A DNA stretch of 64,000 nt from Octopus bimaculoides (Eukaryota), in the NCBI RefSeq assembly GCF_001194135.2, contig NC_068988.1, forward strand, positions 94,648,228-94,712,227. Direction: 5' to 3'. Shown here piece by piece: positions 12,966 through 25,779 of this stretch; positions within the stretch are counted from its first letter, which is position 1, and every line of letters starts with the position of its first letter. Made by a program: the position numbers and the translations under genes. The notes under the pieces were generated by a model. That model ran no database searches and was not told the DNA's origin. It saw nothing but the letters and a program-made list of their open reading frames with translations.

Positions 12966-13257
12966 CTATTTTAAGTCAGTTTTATAGAGTAAATGGCTTG
13001 CATTTTCATTTTGATATGAAACACTCTAGAATAGGAAGGAAGTGCTGACGTTGAGCAAAATATTTTAACATAATATAATAATGTTCAATATATTCTTCTT
13101 CTTGTTGTCAACATGCACTATTTTGTATTTGATGACAAATGTAATTCATAAAAAAATTAAATGGCCTATTGTCATCAGCCTCTTTCTATTCACAAACTCT
13201 ACTCCGAATTCAGGATTCGCGTGGATTACTAGCTGTATCCTGACCAACTATACTACT

Positions 13258-13395
13258 CTTGTTTATATTTGACGGATATTTGTCCTCAACTTGTTTGTTG
13301 TTAACAAATCGTTTCGGCTGAAATACCCTCCAGCCTTCATCAGGTGTCTTGGGGAAATTTCGAACCTGGGTTCTCATTCCTAAGGTATTTTTCGA

Positions 13396-13428
<33 letters not shown>

Positions 13429-13440
13429 CATTATTCAGGT
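13258..13440 (-). mobile_element. Headless copy of hammerhead-bearing short retroelement
   Basis: Reverse complement nearly identical to 13593-13745; hammerhead-like motif at 13303-13348 with a mutated cleavage triplet. Confidence 0.85.
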
Positions 13441-13501
13441 TAAGGAAGGATAGGAGAATATTAGTTTTATAAGCCCTAAAAATTCACTCCATAATTGCTC
13501 A

Positions 13502-13775
13502 TGGGCATTTGGCGGAGTGGTTAAAAGCGCGGGTTATTAACCCCAAGATTCCGAGTTCGATTCAAGGCAGTGACCTGCAAAATGTTAATAATACTAATAA
13601 TAACATCGAAAATACCTTAGGAATAAGAACCCAGGTTCCAAATTTCCCCAAGACACCTGATGAAGGCTGGAGGGTATATCAGCCGAAACGTTGTTTTAAC
13701 AAGAAAAACAAGATGAGGACAAATATCTGTCAAATTTAAATAATGTACATAATTCCTCATCTCTTAAATGTAGAA
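13502..13775 (+). mobile_element. tRNA-headed SINE-like element with (AAT)-rich linker and hammerhead-bearing (Penelope-like) 3' body
   Basis: A-box TGGCGGAGTGG 13510-13520, B-box GTTCGATTC 13555-13563; body repeated at 13258, 43975 and 55338. Confidence 0.85.
13652..13697 (+). ncRNA. Minimal type I hammerhead ribozyme motif
   Basis: GACAC-CUGAUGA-aGGCUG(gagggtatat)CAGCC-GAAAC-GUU-GUUUU: catalytic core, 5-bp helix II, palindromic AACGUU helix III; helix I weakened in this copy. Confidence 0.65.
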
Positions 13776-14197
13776 GCTCCTCTTCCATCAATTTTAAACC
13801 ATCCAACCATTTTGTTCGTATATTTTTCTCCGCCTCTAACTTCACATTTATTCGTTTTCAAATTCTGTTTCGGGGTTTCAATGCATTTCATTCTGTATAT
13901 CACTCTACACAAACACCAAAACTTGACAATATTAAAAGACAACATATAAATTATATATTAAATGTTAAACACAAATTCATGCTTCAATGAAATTTAATGA
14001 TTTAGAAAGAGGATCGTGTGAAATTATATGCAAATTCTTTACGCAGATATACAAATGTATACACACATACTCGCACACGCAAAATCACACACTCACAGGT
14101 AGATAGACACGCAAATATATATATGAATATATATATATATTCATACACACATACATATACCTACACATTCATAGATGCAGACACATCACGCATGTAT

Positions 14198-14204
<7 letters not shown>

Positions 14205-14275
<71 letters not shown>

Positions 14276-14288
14276 GCATACATATGTG

Positions 14289-14322
<34 letters not shown>

Positions 14323-14330
14323 CATATAGA
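14205..14330. repeat. (AT)n microsatellite
   Basis: Directly visible. Confidence 0.95.
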
Positions 14331-14537
14331 CAGATATTCACACACGTATGTATATAGATGGAATAAAAATACTTCATACAAAACTACGTAAACCTAACGG
14401 CTGTATATAAGCCAAATATACAAAAGTAAACAGTTAATATCTCTACTTGAAGCGCATGTGTGTGCGCAAGCGCACGAATGTGTTTATGACTGCATAAGTA
14501 TAATGAGAGTATATTCAAATGAATTACTACATGCTTA

Positions 14538-14581
<44 letters not shown>

Positions 14582-14744
14582 TGCATGAATATTTAAATTT
14601 ATATGTATGTGTATAGAAACACCACTTTCACTGTGTCTGTTGTTCTCTCTCTCTTTCCCCTCTCTCTCTGTCTCTCTCTTCCACACACACACAGACACAT
14701 ACATTCACCCATATAAATGTGTGTCTGTATGTGTAGATAGCTAG

Positions 14745-14756
14745 CTAGCTAGCTAC

Positions 14757-14814
<58 letters not shown>

Positions 14815-14815
14815 G
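14745..14815. repeat. (GATA)n microsatellite
   Basis: Directly visible. Confidence 0.95.
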
Positions 14816-14879
14816 TGAATATTTATAACCACTAATATCCAAGTTACTAATTTTTACATTTCTTATGTATAAGCCTCGA

Positions 14880-14931
<52 letters not shown>

Positions 14932-16496
14932 GTGGTGGGGCCGTCCCTTTCCGTTCGTATTTGATTGCATGTATGTTTTGTATGCAACTGTTTGTGTTTT
15001 TGTGTATATGTCAATTTTTGTGCATGTGTGTATATACATATATGTATGTGTATGTATGTATGTATGTATGTATGTATGTATGTATGTATGTATGTATGTA
15101 TGTATGTATGTATATAGCTGTTATTTACCTACGTTCTTCCGTATACACACGAATGTGATTATGACTTAATGCAAAATATGGTATGGGTGTATATAAAGAT
15201 AGGTTTTTGGTCTCACAACAATTAAAGTTTAAGCAAACAGATTTATCAGATATTATCATATAATTATCTTCAGGCTGAAATTTTCAAAATTGAAGAACTT
15301 CGAGTATTTGGAACAAAATTAACTGTATGTGATTTAAATTAGCATATTTTATTGATTTTCCTATCATATTTACGTTAGCTGTGTATATTACTTAGTTGCT
15401 TTGCGGAATCGCATGGCATACTGAGGTACACGAGCTCCTCTAAACTATTCCAACTGCAAACAAGGTTAAATACATTCACACATTCATGTATTAACACAGT
15501 ATATTACTGGTTTTCAAATTATCTCACTTGGAACTTCTTTTAAAAGGAAAAATTAATCACACCCAGATTTGGCAAACCAGAATCTAACATGTCACACGGT
15601 AATGTATGATGTGTGTGCTCGCGTGTGCGTGTGTGTGTGATATATGTAACCTATGTAGTACATGTGTATATGTAAATTTTAAATATTTCTCCATAGACTG
15701 AACACAATTATAAACATCTTTAATCGATTTTTGCAACTGATTGGGTTCTCGTCAGAAGTGTCCACATCAATTTGACTAGACCCAGAGTAACAGCTAGTTT
15801 ATCTATATAATAAACAAATCCAAGAGTAACAGAGAGCCGGAGAAACTAATTTGCATAACGTGTTAGCGCTTTATTTAATATCATGAGTCTCTCAACGGAG
15901 ATCTCAGTTCATACAGTATCGAAGTATGATAAAATATATGTTAAGTCAGAGAGAGACAGACAGACAGACATACAGACAGACAGACAGAAAGACAGACAGA
16001 CCGAGAAAGAAAGAAAGAGTGGGGGAAACAGAGAGAAAGAGAAAGAGACAAACAGACAGACAGACAGCTACCAGAAAGAAAAAATAGAAGAGGAAAGAGA
16101 ATGAGATTACATAGCTTCCGGGTATAGTTATCAACCATTTCAATGGGAATTTCAATACAAATTTCCTATATTTATTAACCTATAGTTAATGATGTCAGGT
16201 TAAAAGGCAAATTGAGAGAGAGTCACTCACCAACTAATTTCAGCCTCCAGATGTGCAGTCTGTTCGGAGTTACTTTTCTGCTACAGTTACAATATCTTCA
16301 ACTCTCCCGAGCAAGATATTACCATCCGACCAGTTATACTCATCTCTTGTACTTTAACATCCTCTTTTATTCTTCACGAAACTCTCTTCCCATTTCATTT
16401 GCCTCGGAATATCGGTCTTTTGGAATTATCTTCGCACCCAGTGTCTTACAGGTTTTGATTTTTAAAAATGAGCATTTAGCTTCATCCGTCATACGA

Positions 16497-17000
16497 GTTT
16501 TGATCTCGAAGTAAATAGAAAGCTATAAGCAACAGCAGGGAAATATTGGTACATTGGCAGAACGCTTGCTGTGTCTGCAAGAGATGTAGGTTCCAGTCCC
16601 ACCGACAGCCTCCGTGTTTTTCGATCCAAAGGGATTTTTTTCAGTCCAATAGTTAAATGTTATTATTTGGAGCTTTATATGTATTTCGAGATCCTGTTCC
16701 AAAATGAGATATACCACATTCTGTCGAAAGTTCATACACTCATATGTCAACAATATACAATTCCCGATGACAAGAGAAAGGTTTCTAGAATGCAGAAAGC
16801 AATTCGAAGATTTGCCGTGACGTGAGTTCAAATCCCATGATAGCATTTGGCAACTTCCATCCAAAACGATTTCTCAACATGCTATTACTTTTTGCGTTAT
16901 CTGTACAGATGTTTCTATGGAATTTAGAGCAACACTGAAAATTACAGCTTTATTTCTAGCTTTATATGTGCTTCGAGATCTAATTCCAAGATATATTATA
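16497..17000 (+). repeat. Old tRNA-derived tandem/inverted repeat units
   Basis: AGCTTTATATGT..TTCGAGATC at ~16671 and ~16957, inverted at ~16500-16525; B-box-like GGTTCCAGTCCC and GAGTTCAAATCCC followed by a similar GAYAGC...ATCCAAA..GATTT. Confidence 0.45.
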
Positions 17001-18107
17001 GATGTATGTATATTCACCTTTTTCATTTCCTCGATCGCTGGGCGACGGTATTACCATGGCAACATGGCGTATGCACTTATTTTTTGTTCAGTGTCTATAG
17101 GCATGCATCTATTCTACTCAGCTCGCACGCATACATACATACATACACATACATATATGTGTGTATATATAGTATATATATATATATGCACACACACTTT
17201 CCTCTATACAAAAGTATGTTTTTATATATATACAAATATGTACATATACACACTGTTAGCTAAATATATTTCCTACTTCAAATTTCATGCACCATTCAGT
17301 AAATATTGAAAACCGTTTTTCAATGTTCTCTGTTCTGTATATAAGAAGCACAGAATCGGGAAAATGCCCTGACAATTCAATAGACAAAACGGTAATGTCT
17401 TGCAGAATTTTCCATTTTCTTAAGGAAGCCGAGTGAGATTGAAGGAAAACACTTGCTCCACTGAAAGCATTAGAAAATGTGCTTCTTGCCTAATCTCAGT
17501 TGCAAACGGATAATTTAGATAACTTAATTCAATTGTTTATATTCATTGATAACGGTTTGTTTTATTTTCATATTTGTGTTATAATTCTATCACATATTTT
17601 TAATGTGTAGGAACAATTTCATCAATAGAACGCTTATTATTACTTTTTCTTTCCCTTTTTTTTTGTTTTGTTATTTTTTGTTATTTTCTTAACAAAAGCA
17701 TTGATCATAATATGGAGGAACTTAAAACCACTGACAGGAGGGGGGGGGGGAAGAGAGCAATATCTAAGGCAAAAACAAACAAGAATTTTAACGAGGGGCA
17801 GATAAGAATTCGCATTCCATGAATGCAAATACACACAGACACACATTCATATATATGTATGCATATGTGTGTGTGTATGTGTGTGCGTGTATACGAACTT
17901 ACATGTATATATATAGATATTTCTATATATATATTGCTTGAATAAATATGTTACTGTATATATATATATATATATATAGATCGATAGATATATACGTGAG
18001 TGTGTGTGTGTGTGCATGTCGATGCACACACCACTTACAGACATATATACATATAGATATATATATATACACACACACACGTAAATATGTGTATGTATAG
18101 ATGTGTG

Positions 18108-18139
<32 letters not shown>

Positions 18140-18899
18140 NNNNNNNNNNNNNNNNNNNNNNNNNNNNNNNNNNNNNNNNNNNNNNNNNNNNNNNNNNNNN
18201 NNNNNNNNNNNNNNNNNNNNNNNNNNNNNNNNNNNNNNNNNNNNNNNNNNNNNNNNNNNNNNNNNNNNNNNNNNNNNNNNNNNNNNNNNNNNNNNNNNNN
18301 NNNNNNNNNNNNNNNNNNNNNNNNNNNNNNNNNNNNNNNNNNNNNNNNNNNNNNNNNNNNNNNNNNNNNNNNNNNNNNNNNNNNNNNNNNNNNNNNNNNN
18401 NNNNNNNNNNNNNNNNNNNNNNNNNNNNNNNNNNNNNNNNNNNNNNNNNNNNNNNNNNNNNNNNNNNNNNNNNNNNNNNNNNNNNNNNNNNNNNNNNNNN
18501 NNNNNNNNNNNNNNNNNNNNNNNNNNNNNNNNNNNNNNNNNNNNNNNNNNNNNNNNNNNNNNNNNNNNNNNNNNNNNNNNNNNNNNNNNNNNNNNNNNNN
18601 NNNNNNNNNNNNNNNNNNNNNNNNNNNNNNNNNNNNNNNNNNNNNNNNNNNNNNNNNNNNNNNNNNNNNNNNNNNNNNNNNNNNNNNNNNNNNNNNNNNN
18701 NNNNNNNNNNNNNNNNNNNNNNNNNNNNNNNNNNNNNNNNNNNNNNNNNNNNNNNNNNNNNNNNNNNNNNNNNNNNNNNNNNNNNNNNNNNNNNNNNNNN
18801 NGGTTAGGGGTGAGGGTGGTGGTGGTAGGAGTAGTAGTAGTAGTAGTAGTAGTGTTGGTGTTGTTGTTGGTATCAATATCAGTGGTAATATCAGTAGTG

Positions 18900-18932
<33 letters not shown>

Positions 18933-19830
18933 TGATTAGATTTTCCTCTGCATATTGTACACGCCACAGTTTCGAAATTATATTCGCCAATGACCGAATG
19001 ATAACAACAGAAACAACAACGACGATGAGGGAAAAGGTTGAATTGCTTTTTGCCACGAGGGCCTCGCATGCAGAGGATATGCCTCTGTTGTCTTCGGAGG
19101 AGGTAGAAAAAAGTAGAGAAACGAAATACATACGAAACAAAAACAAAAAAAAAAGAAGAAGCAAGACGAAACGAAATATATTTATGTGATCAAGTAAACG
19201 AGTGAGATTAACAATAACAATGAACATCAATATGTAGATAACAATAACCAACAACCAGAGAGAAATTCCCCCCGAAATGGGGGAGTCAACCTTATACGTT
19301 GATCCAACGCTAATAACAACACAAACAACGACATCAACTGCAACATTAAACCACAACAAGTTGACACAGCACTTGAAACATTGACAGGTTTCGTAGAGTC
19401 ACGTGAAAGACCCTTTTCAGAACAGGCGTCTAAATAGACCTTTTTGTACAGTTTCAACTTGGATATGTCAATCATTACCACCCCACCCCCAGCCCACCTT
19501 CACAATGGACACTTTAACTGCCATCATTCCGCTGAATGATTCATCATTATAATTAGGGCGGTCAGCTTGTAATGAGCGAGCCTTGATAGCTAGTAAGAGG
19601 AAGAAGGCAGATGGTTATTTATTTTAATGTTTGTTTCCTTTTCTTTTTGTTGTCTCTCGGTAGGTCAGTTGGCCGGTCGCCGGTCAGTTTTATCAGTCAG
19701 TCTGTCCTTTCTATATCGGTCGGTCAGTAAAGTCGATTAAAACAAGACTTGGCGTGAACGAGATATAGAGAGAGGTGAGAGTGGGAGAAAGAGATAGAGA
19801 GATAGCTGGCGACAGAGGAAAGTGGAAGAG

Positions 19831-19867
<37 letters not shown>

Positions 19868-20101
19868 CAGAGAGAGAGATATAGAGAGAGGGAGATGATT
19901 GGTAGAAGGATGAGGAGAAAAGGTGTTTCTTGTTTTCAGCCGTGACAGTTAAGGATATACGGTTTTCTGATAGTCAATCATCAGTTATATATCTTACTTA
20001 GTTCAGAAGCTGATATCAAATTCATGTTGGACGTCAAAAATCAAGCACAACTGACAGACTCCTTGATAAAGAAAGAAAAAAAAATGCAACAATAATCATT
20101 T

Positions 20102-20141
<40 letters not shown>

Positions 20142-20917
20142 CATGATGAATAATTATTAATCTATGATGTCGTAGTAGATCTGTTCGTTGTGTTCTTGCC
20201 AGGCAACCGAACGGTAGAAGCTGTAAGTTATTTACGAATTCATTAGCGGTAAACAGAGTAAACAATAGATTATATTAACCGAATTTTGGGAGGATTTCTT
20301 GTTTTTTTTTATTCTAGTTAAGGCAAGAATACAAACATATAGATTTATGCATACATAAACATATTCATGCATACATACTATAACCTCTACTCACACACAC
20401 ACAGATACACACGTATAGCAAAGGTTGACAGTGACTTCAATTTTTTTTGTTTTTTGAGGAGTCTGTATTCCTTGGAATGTGTTTGTATATGTATGTCTAT
20501 GCATTTGTATGTATATATGTGTATATATATATATATGTGTGTATACATATATACATATATNNNNNNNNNNNNNNNNNNNNNNNNNNNNNNNNNNNNNNNN
20601 NNNNNNNNNNNNNNNNNNNNNNNNNNNNNNNNNNNNNNNNNNNNNNNNNNNNNNNNNNNNNNNNNNNNNNNNNNNNNNNNNNNNNNNNNNNNNNNNNNNN
20701 NNNNNNNNNNNNNNNNNNNNNNNNNNNNNNNNNNNNNNNNNNNNNNNNNNNNNNNNNNNNNNNNNNNNNNNNNNNNNNNNNNNNNNNNNNNNNNNNNNNN
20801 NNNNNNNNNNNNNNNNNNNNNNNNNNNNNNNNNNNNNNNNNNNNNNNNNNNNNNNNNNNNNNNNNNNNTATATATATATATATGTGTGTATACATATATA
20901 CATATATTTATACATGT

Positions 20918-21445
20918 TAGGTCGTCAAGTATGATATTTGTAGAAAGGAAAAATAGTTTGGTAATATTTTATAAATACAAGGAATAATTTTATTCATCAA
21001 AGTATGCGCCCATATTGTCAATACACTTTTGCCATTTCAGCGGTAGCATGTCGAGTCCGGAACTGTAAAAGCCTGGCAATCTAGAGTCAATAAAATCTTG
21101 GAACGCCTGTTTTACAGCATCGTCGGAATTAAATTTTTTTCCTATCAAAAAGTTATCCAAATTCTGTAAGAAGTGGTAATCAGTGGGGGCAAGATCAGGC
21201 GAGTATGGTGGATAATGGAGAACTTCCAACTCCAACTACTGTAGTTTTGCCAATGTCATTTTTGCGATGTGTGGTCTGGCGTTGTCTTGCAATAAGATAG
21301 GAATGGATCTGTTGACTAATCTAAGCTGTTTTTTTTTTGTGAGTTTCGGCATCATTTGGTCCAGTTGGCTGCAGTATACTTAGGCTGTGACTGATGAGCC
21401 ATGTATCAACTTCGAAGTTATATCCACTTAAAATTAACTGTATTA
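20918..21445 (-). mobile_element. mariner (DD34D) transposase C-terminal fossil
   Basis: LLQDNARPH...YPPYSPDLAPTDYHFLQNL...KWQKCIDNMGAYFDE* (ORF 20990..21235 plus upstream frame). Confidence 0.92.
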
Positions 21446-21459
21446 TCCCGATATCAATG

Positions 21460-23000
21460 GCAGTCTATATATTTTGGAAGTTTTACAGTATAACACATTG
21501 CAATATAAAATACTGTGCACTCCGTACACATGATGATCTTTATAGCCTACAATTTTGATGTTTATCTGAACAACACACATAAGTCACTGTCTAACATTTG
21601 TAGTGTTCCATCTGTATTCAAACGTAACAGTTCCCGATTTTATGTTTAATTTATGTTAAGAGACAACCTAACTTTGAAATATCTTTTTGCTTTTCAAAGG
21701 TACAACTTCCACAAATTCTTCTATCATATGCATATTTTCATCAAGCTTCTAATACAAATGCAAAGCTTCGCCACATCAGTACTTCCAGTACTTTTATCTA
21801 TGGCAATGAAAATTGATAGGAAAGAATAGACTTTATTCCAAAGTGGATGTTCAGTGATTTTACAGATATCCACAATCCGTTCCTGAAGAATGTTATATCT
21901 GATAATATTGCTGTTTTCAACATTAAATATCTTTAAAACATAGCCATCCGCCATTTGAACACGCTAGAATACCTACAAGACTGCCGTTGAAATGTATCAA
22001 GCCGAAATATTTCTCTGGGTCGCCATTTATTTAATGTAAAGCTGAAAGTCTCTCTCCTTTTTCGTATGTGGTTACTATAATCTCTATATCTGTAAAAATA
22101 TCCTTGTTTTTACCTATTAGCTATGTCATCGGTACCTCCCCCACCTGCTATTACAAATTCCAGTATTCTATAGACTAAAGCCTATGTTTCATCTCTCCAT
22201 ATATGGTGGCACCAACTAGTGTAAAAATGCATGATTTACCAACTCATATTTTTTTGTGCTATCCTCGCTATTAAATACCAAACTCACAATTCTAGACGCG
22301 ATGCCGCTGAAAATGCAAGGGCGATTCCACCACACACCAATCAGTGTCTATATCAACTGCTCTTACAAAATCATTATTCTACCCCCCCCCACACACACAC
22401 CCCAAAAAAATATATCCATTTTAATTGGAATGATTCCACTATTCATTAAAAAAGATTTCGAAGACTAGGAATAGTCTACACCAAATCACCTATCGGTATT
22501 TTAGGTTTCATCTTATGAGCCCACACATATTTACAGTCAGTATATTCGTTGAAAGATTAGCATACGTTACAGATGATACTATGATAGTCATTCGTTTCTC
22601 GAAAAAACATATGTATGCCAGATTCTTCACTGTATTTCCTTAAATGAGATAATCGAGTAAAATGACATAACACTTATATGTTATGGTATACTACTTATAT
22701 GTTTTAGATGTGTGAGGGAGCCTTGCTATGTCTAGTGTACTTTTCTAACTATCAAGTCTTGCAAATTATCAATTACTGTTGATCCATCTATATTTTCAGA
22801 TTTTGCTCTGTTGCTGCTTAAGTCTGTCGGAAAAATTCTCCATCGCTTTTCTGTGTTTAGCTTTTCTATGTATATCTCAAAATTTCCAGAATTCCTTCAA
22901 ACTAGAAAGAATATTCAGAGCTGTCACATTTGGGACCATCAGCTTCTATCGTTTCCCCTACTATTGTCCCGTTTGAAATATTATAAAAAAGATATGTTTA
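21460..23000 (-). mobile_element. Decayed hAT-superfamily transposase
   Basis: KF*DIHRKAKHRKAMENF (zinc-finger-like end, ~22830-22900); FLSIFIAIDKSTGSTDVAKLCICIR..DENMHMIEEFVEVVPL (cf. FSIxxDETTDVS..LSICIRYVD..IxEEFLxFVPL); RLNTDGTLQM (cf. GQxYDGAxNM). Confidence 0.65.
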
Positions 23001-23330
23001 CAAAATTATATAAAATATAAAAAATTGCTCAACGTCCTCACTTATTTCCAGCCCCAACTTAACAAAATAATCACTCAAACGTTACGCAGAATTTTCTTGA
23101 TAAAATAAGACATAGAAAAAAAAGAACTTACTTTCTATCATATTAAACTTGGTAAATCCAATTCCTGCTACAGACATCTGCTCATCACATCCAACATCAG
23201 CAAAAGCAGCAGAAACAATAACAACGATAACAACAACAACATTGTTAGAATGGAACATCACAACACATGGTGATTTCTAACACGGAAAGGATAGGTATTC
23301 GTAATACACTTCTCTTCTCTCTCTCTCTCT

Positions 23331-23380
<50 letters not shown>

Positions 23381-24290
23381 CACATACTAAATGTNNNNNN
23401 NNNNNNNNNNNNNNNNNNNNNNNNNNNNNNNNNNNNNNNNNNNNNNNNNNNNNNNNNNNNNNNNNNNNNNNNNNNNNNNNNNNNNNNNNNNNNNNNNATA
23501 TATATATATATATATATATATACGTGAGTATGAGTACGTGTGTATGCGAGCGAGTGCACGTATGAGTGTACGTACATCTTTGTATGTGCGCCTGTAACCG
23601 TATACGTGAGTGTGTGTTTGTGAGTACATATATGCATACACACACATGCACACACATATGCACAAACTCACGCACACACGCACACACACTTGTACATACA
23701 TACTCAGATAACATCGCACATACATGTCCATCGTTGATAAATGCACGTGTGCCTGTGTGTGTATATATATCAACGTGCGTCTATGATGATGAATAAAAAC
23801 TTAATCTTACCCAACCATCATTATTATATTTCCATATATTATATGTCATATTCAGCAAGAAATATTTATCTTCTTCACTTATTTATTTCGTCTTCAATTC
23901 TATTTTGCGTTTTTTTAATTGTATTTTCTCTCTGTTTCGCTCTGTCTTACACTTCACAACAAAAATAACGCCTTAAGGTTATAAATAATTGAATAAGATT
24001 ATTAAGCAATAAAGTGTACTGTCGAATTTAATATTAAGAAAATATTTACTCTAGTATATGCACACATTAAACCTTATTTAATTCTTATTTCTAGAATACT
24101 GTCACCAAATTATATATCACGACTATATTGCTTTGGACACTAAATGAATATTTTGCAATTCTGTAATTTTTTCATATTTTCTCTCTCTAAACATACTTGT
24201 GTATCTCTTTCTGGCATATGGACATGCTAGCTCTTATGTATGCGTGTGTGCAGGTGTGTTTGCATGTATGTGTGCTTGTATATATATACA

Positions 24291-24364
<74 letters not shown>

Positions 24365-25039
24365 ATTGGGAATTTTCTTTTAGCTCAGTATAAAATANNN
24401 NNNNNNNNNNNNNNNNNNNNNNNNNNNNNNNNNNNNNNNNNNNNNNNNNNNNNNNNNNNNNNNNNNNNNNNNNNNNNNNNNNNNNNNNNNNNNNNNNNNN
24501 NNNNNNNNNNNNNNNNNNNNNNNNNNNNNNNNNNNNNNNNNNNNNNNNNNNNNNNNNNNNNNNNNNNNNNNNNNNNNNNNNNNNNNNNNNNNNNNNNNNN
24601 NNNNNNNNNNNNNNNNNNNNNNNNNNNNNNNNNNNNNNNNNNNNNNNNNNNNNNNNNNNNNNNNNNNNNNNNNNNNNNNNNNNNNNNNNNNNNNNNNNNN
24701 NNNNNNNNNNNNNNNNNNNNNNNNNNNNNNNNNNNNNNNNNNNNNNNNNNNNNNNNNNNNNNNNNNNNNNNNNNNNNNNNNNNNNNNNNNNNNNNNNNNN
24801 NNNNNNNNNNNNNNNNNNNNNNNNNNNNNNNNNNNNNNNNNNNNNNNNNNNNNNNNNNNNNNNNNNNNNNNNNNNNNNNNNNNNNNNNNNNNNNNNNNNN
24901 NNNNNNNNNNNNNNNNNNNNNNNNNNNNNNNNNNNNNNNNNNNNNNNNNNNNNNNNNNNNNNNNNNNNNNNNNNNNNNNNNNNNNNNNNNNNNNNNNNNN
25001 NNNNNNNNNNNNNNNNNNNNNNNNNNNNNNNNNNNNNNN

Positions 25040-25142
<103 letters not shown>

Positions 25143-25651
25143 CAGTTCTGTTGTTACAATGTGTAGAGCAAAATGCAGAAAATAGTAGAAGAGAAAAGAT
25201 AGACCTCGGTAGTTCAGAGAAGCACAGACTGTTGATGTTGAGATAGAAGATAGACATACAACAAAGGACTCGTTGTTATATGCTGGTTACTGTAGTGTGT
25301 TATGCAATAAAGTTGTACATATTAAATGTGGGTTAGTAAAATGTGGATGCAGCCTTAATGAATTTTAAGATCCATTAATTTCTAGATATGAGCTAATCGA
25401 AATCGGGCTTATTGTGTATTAGTTTCAATTAATTATTAAAAATGGCAGGAAATAATATTTCATTATATCGATTTGCAACATTGCAAATAGATTAATTAAA
25501 TTAATTAATAATTATTTAAGAATCAGTCACTTATGGACACCTACCACAAATGAACATACTACAAGCAAAATCCTCACTATTATACGACACAATTGATTTA
25601 TGTGTGTATGTATGTTTGTATATATCTGTGTGTGAGTGTGTGTATGTGTGC

Positions 25652-25708
<57 letters not shown>

Positions 25709-25779
25709 TCTGTGTGTGTGTGTGTGTGTGTGTGTACACTCATTCACTTTTATTCCATGAAAGCCAGAGTAATCTTTCT

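Noticed and set aside
13502-13575. Possible tRNA gene
   Set aside because: The acceptor and T stems are imperfect, and the sequence is fused to a repeated body, so it is a SINE head.
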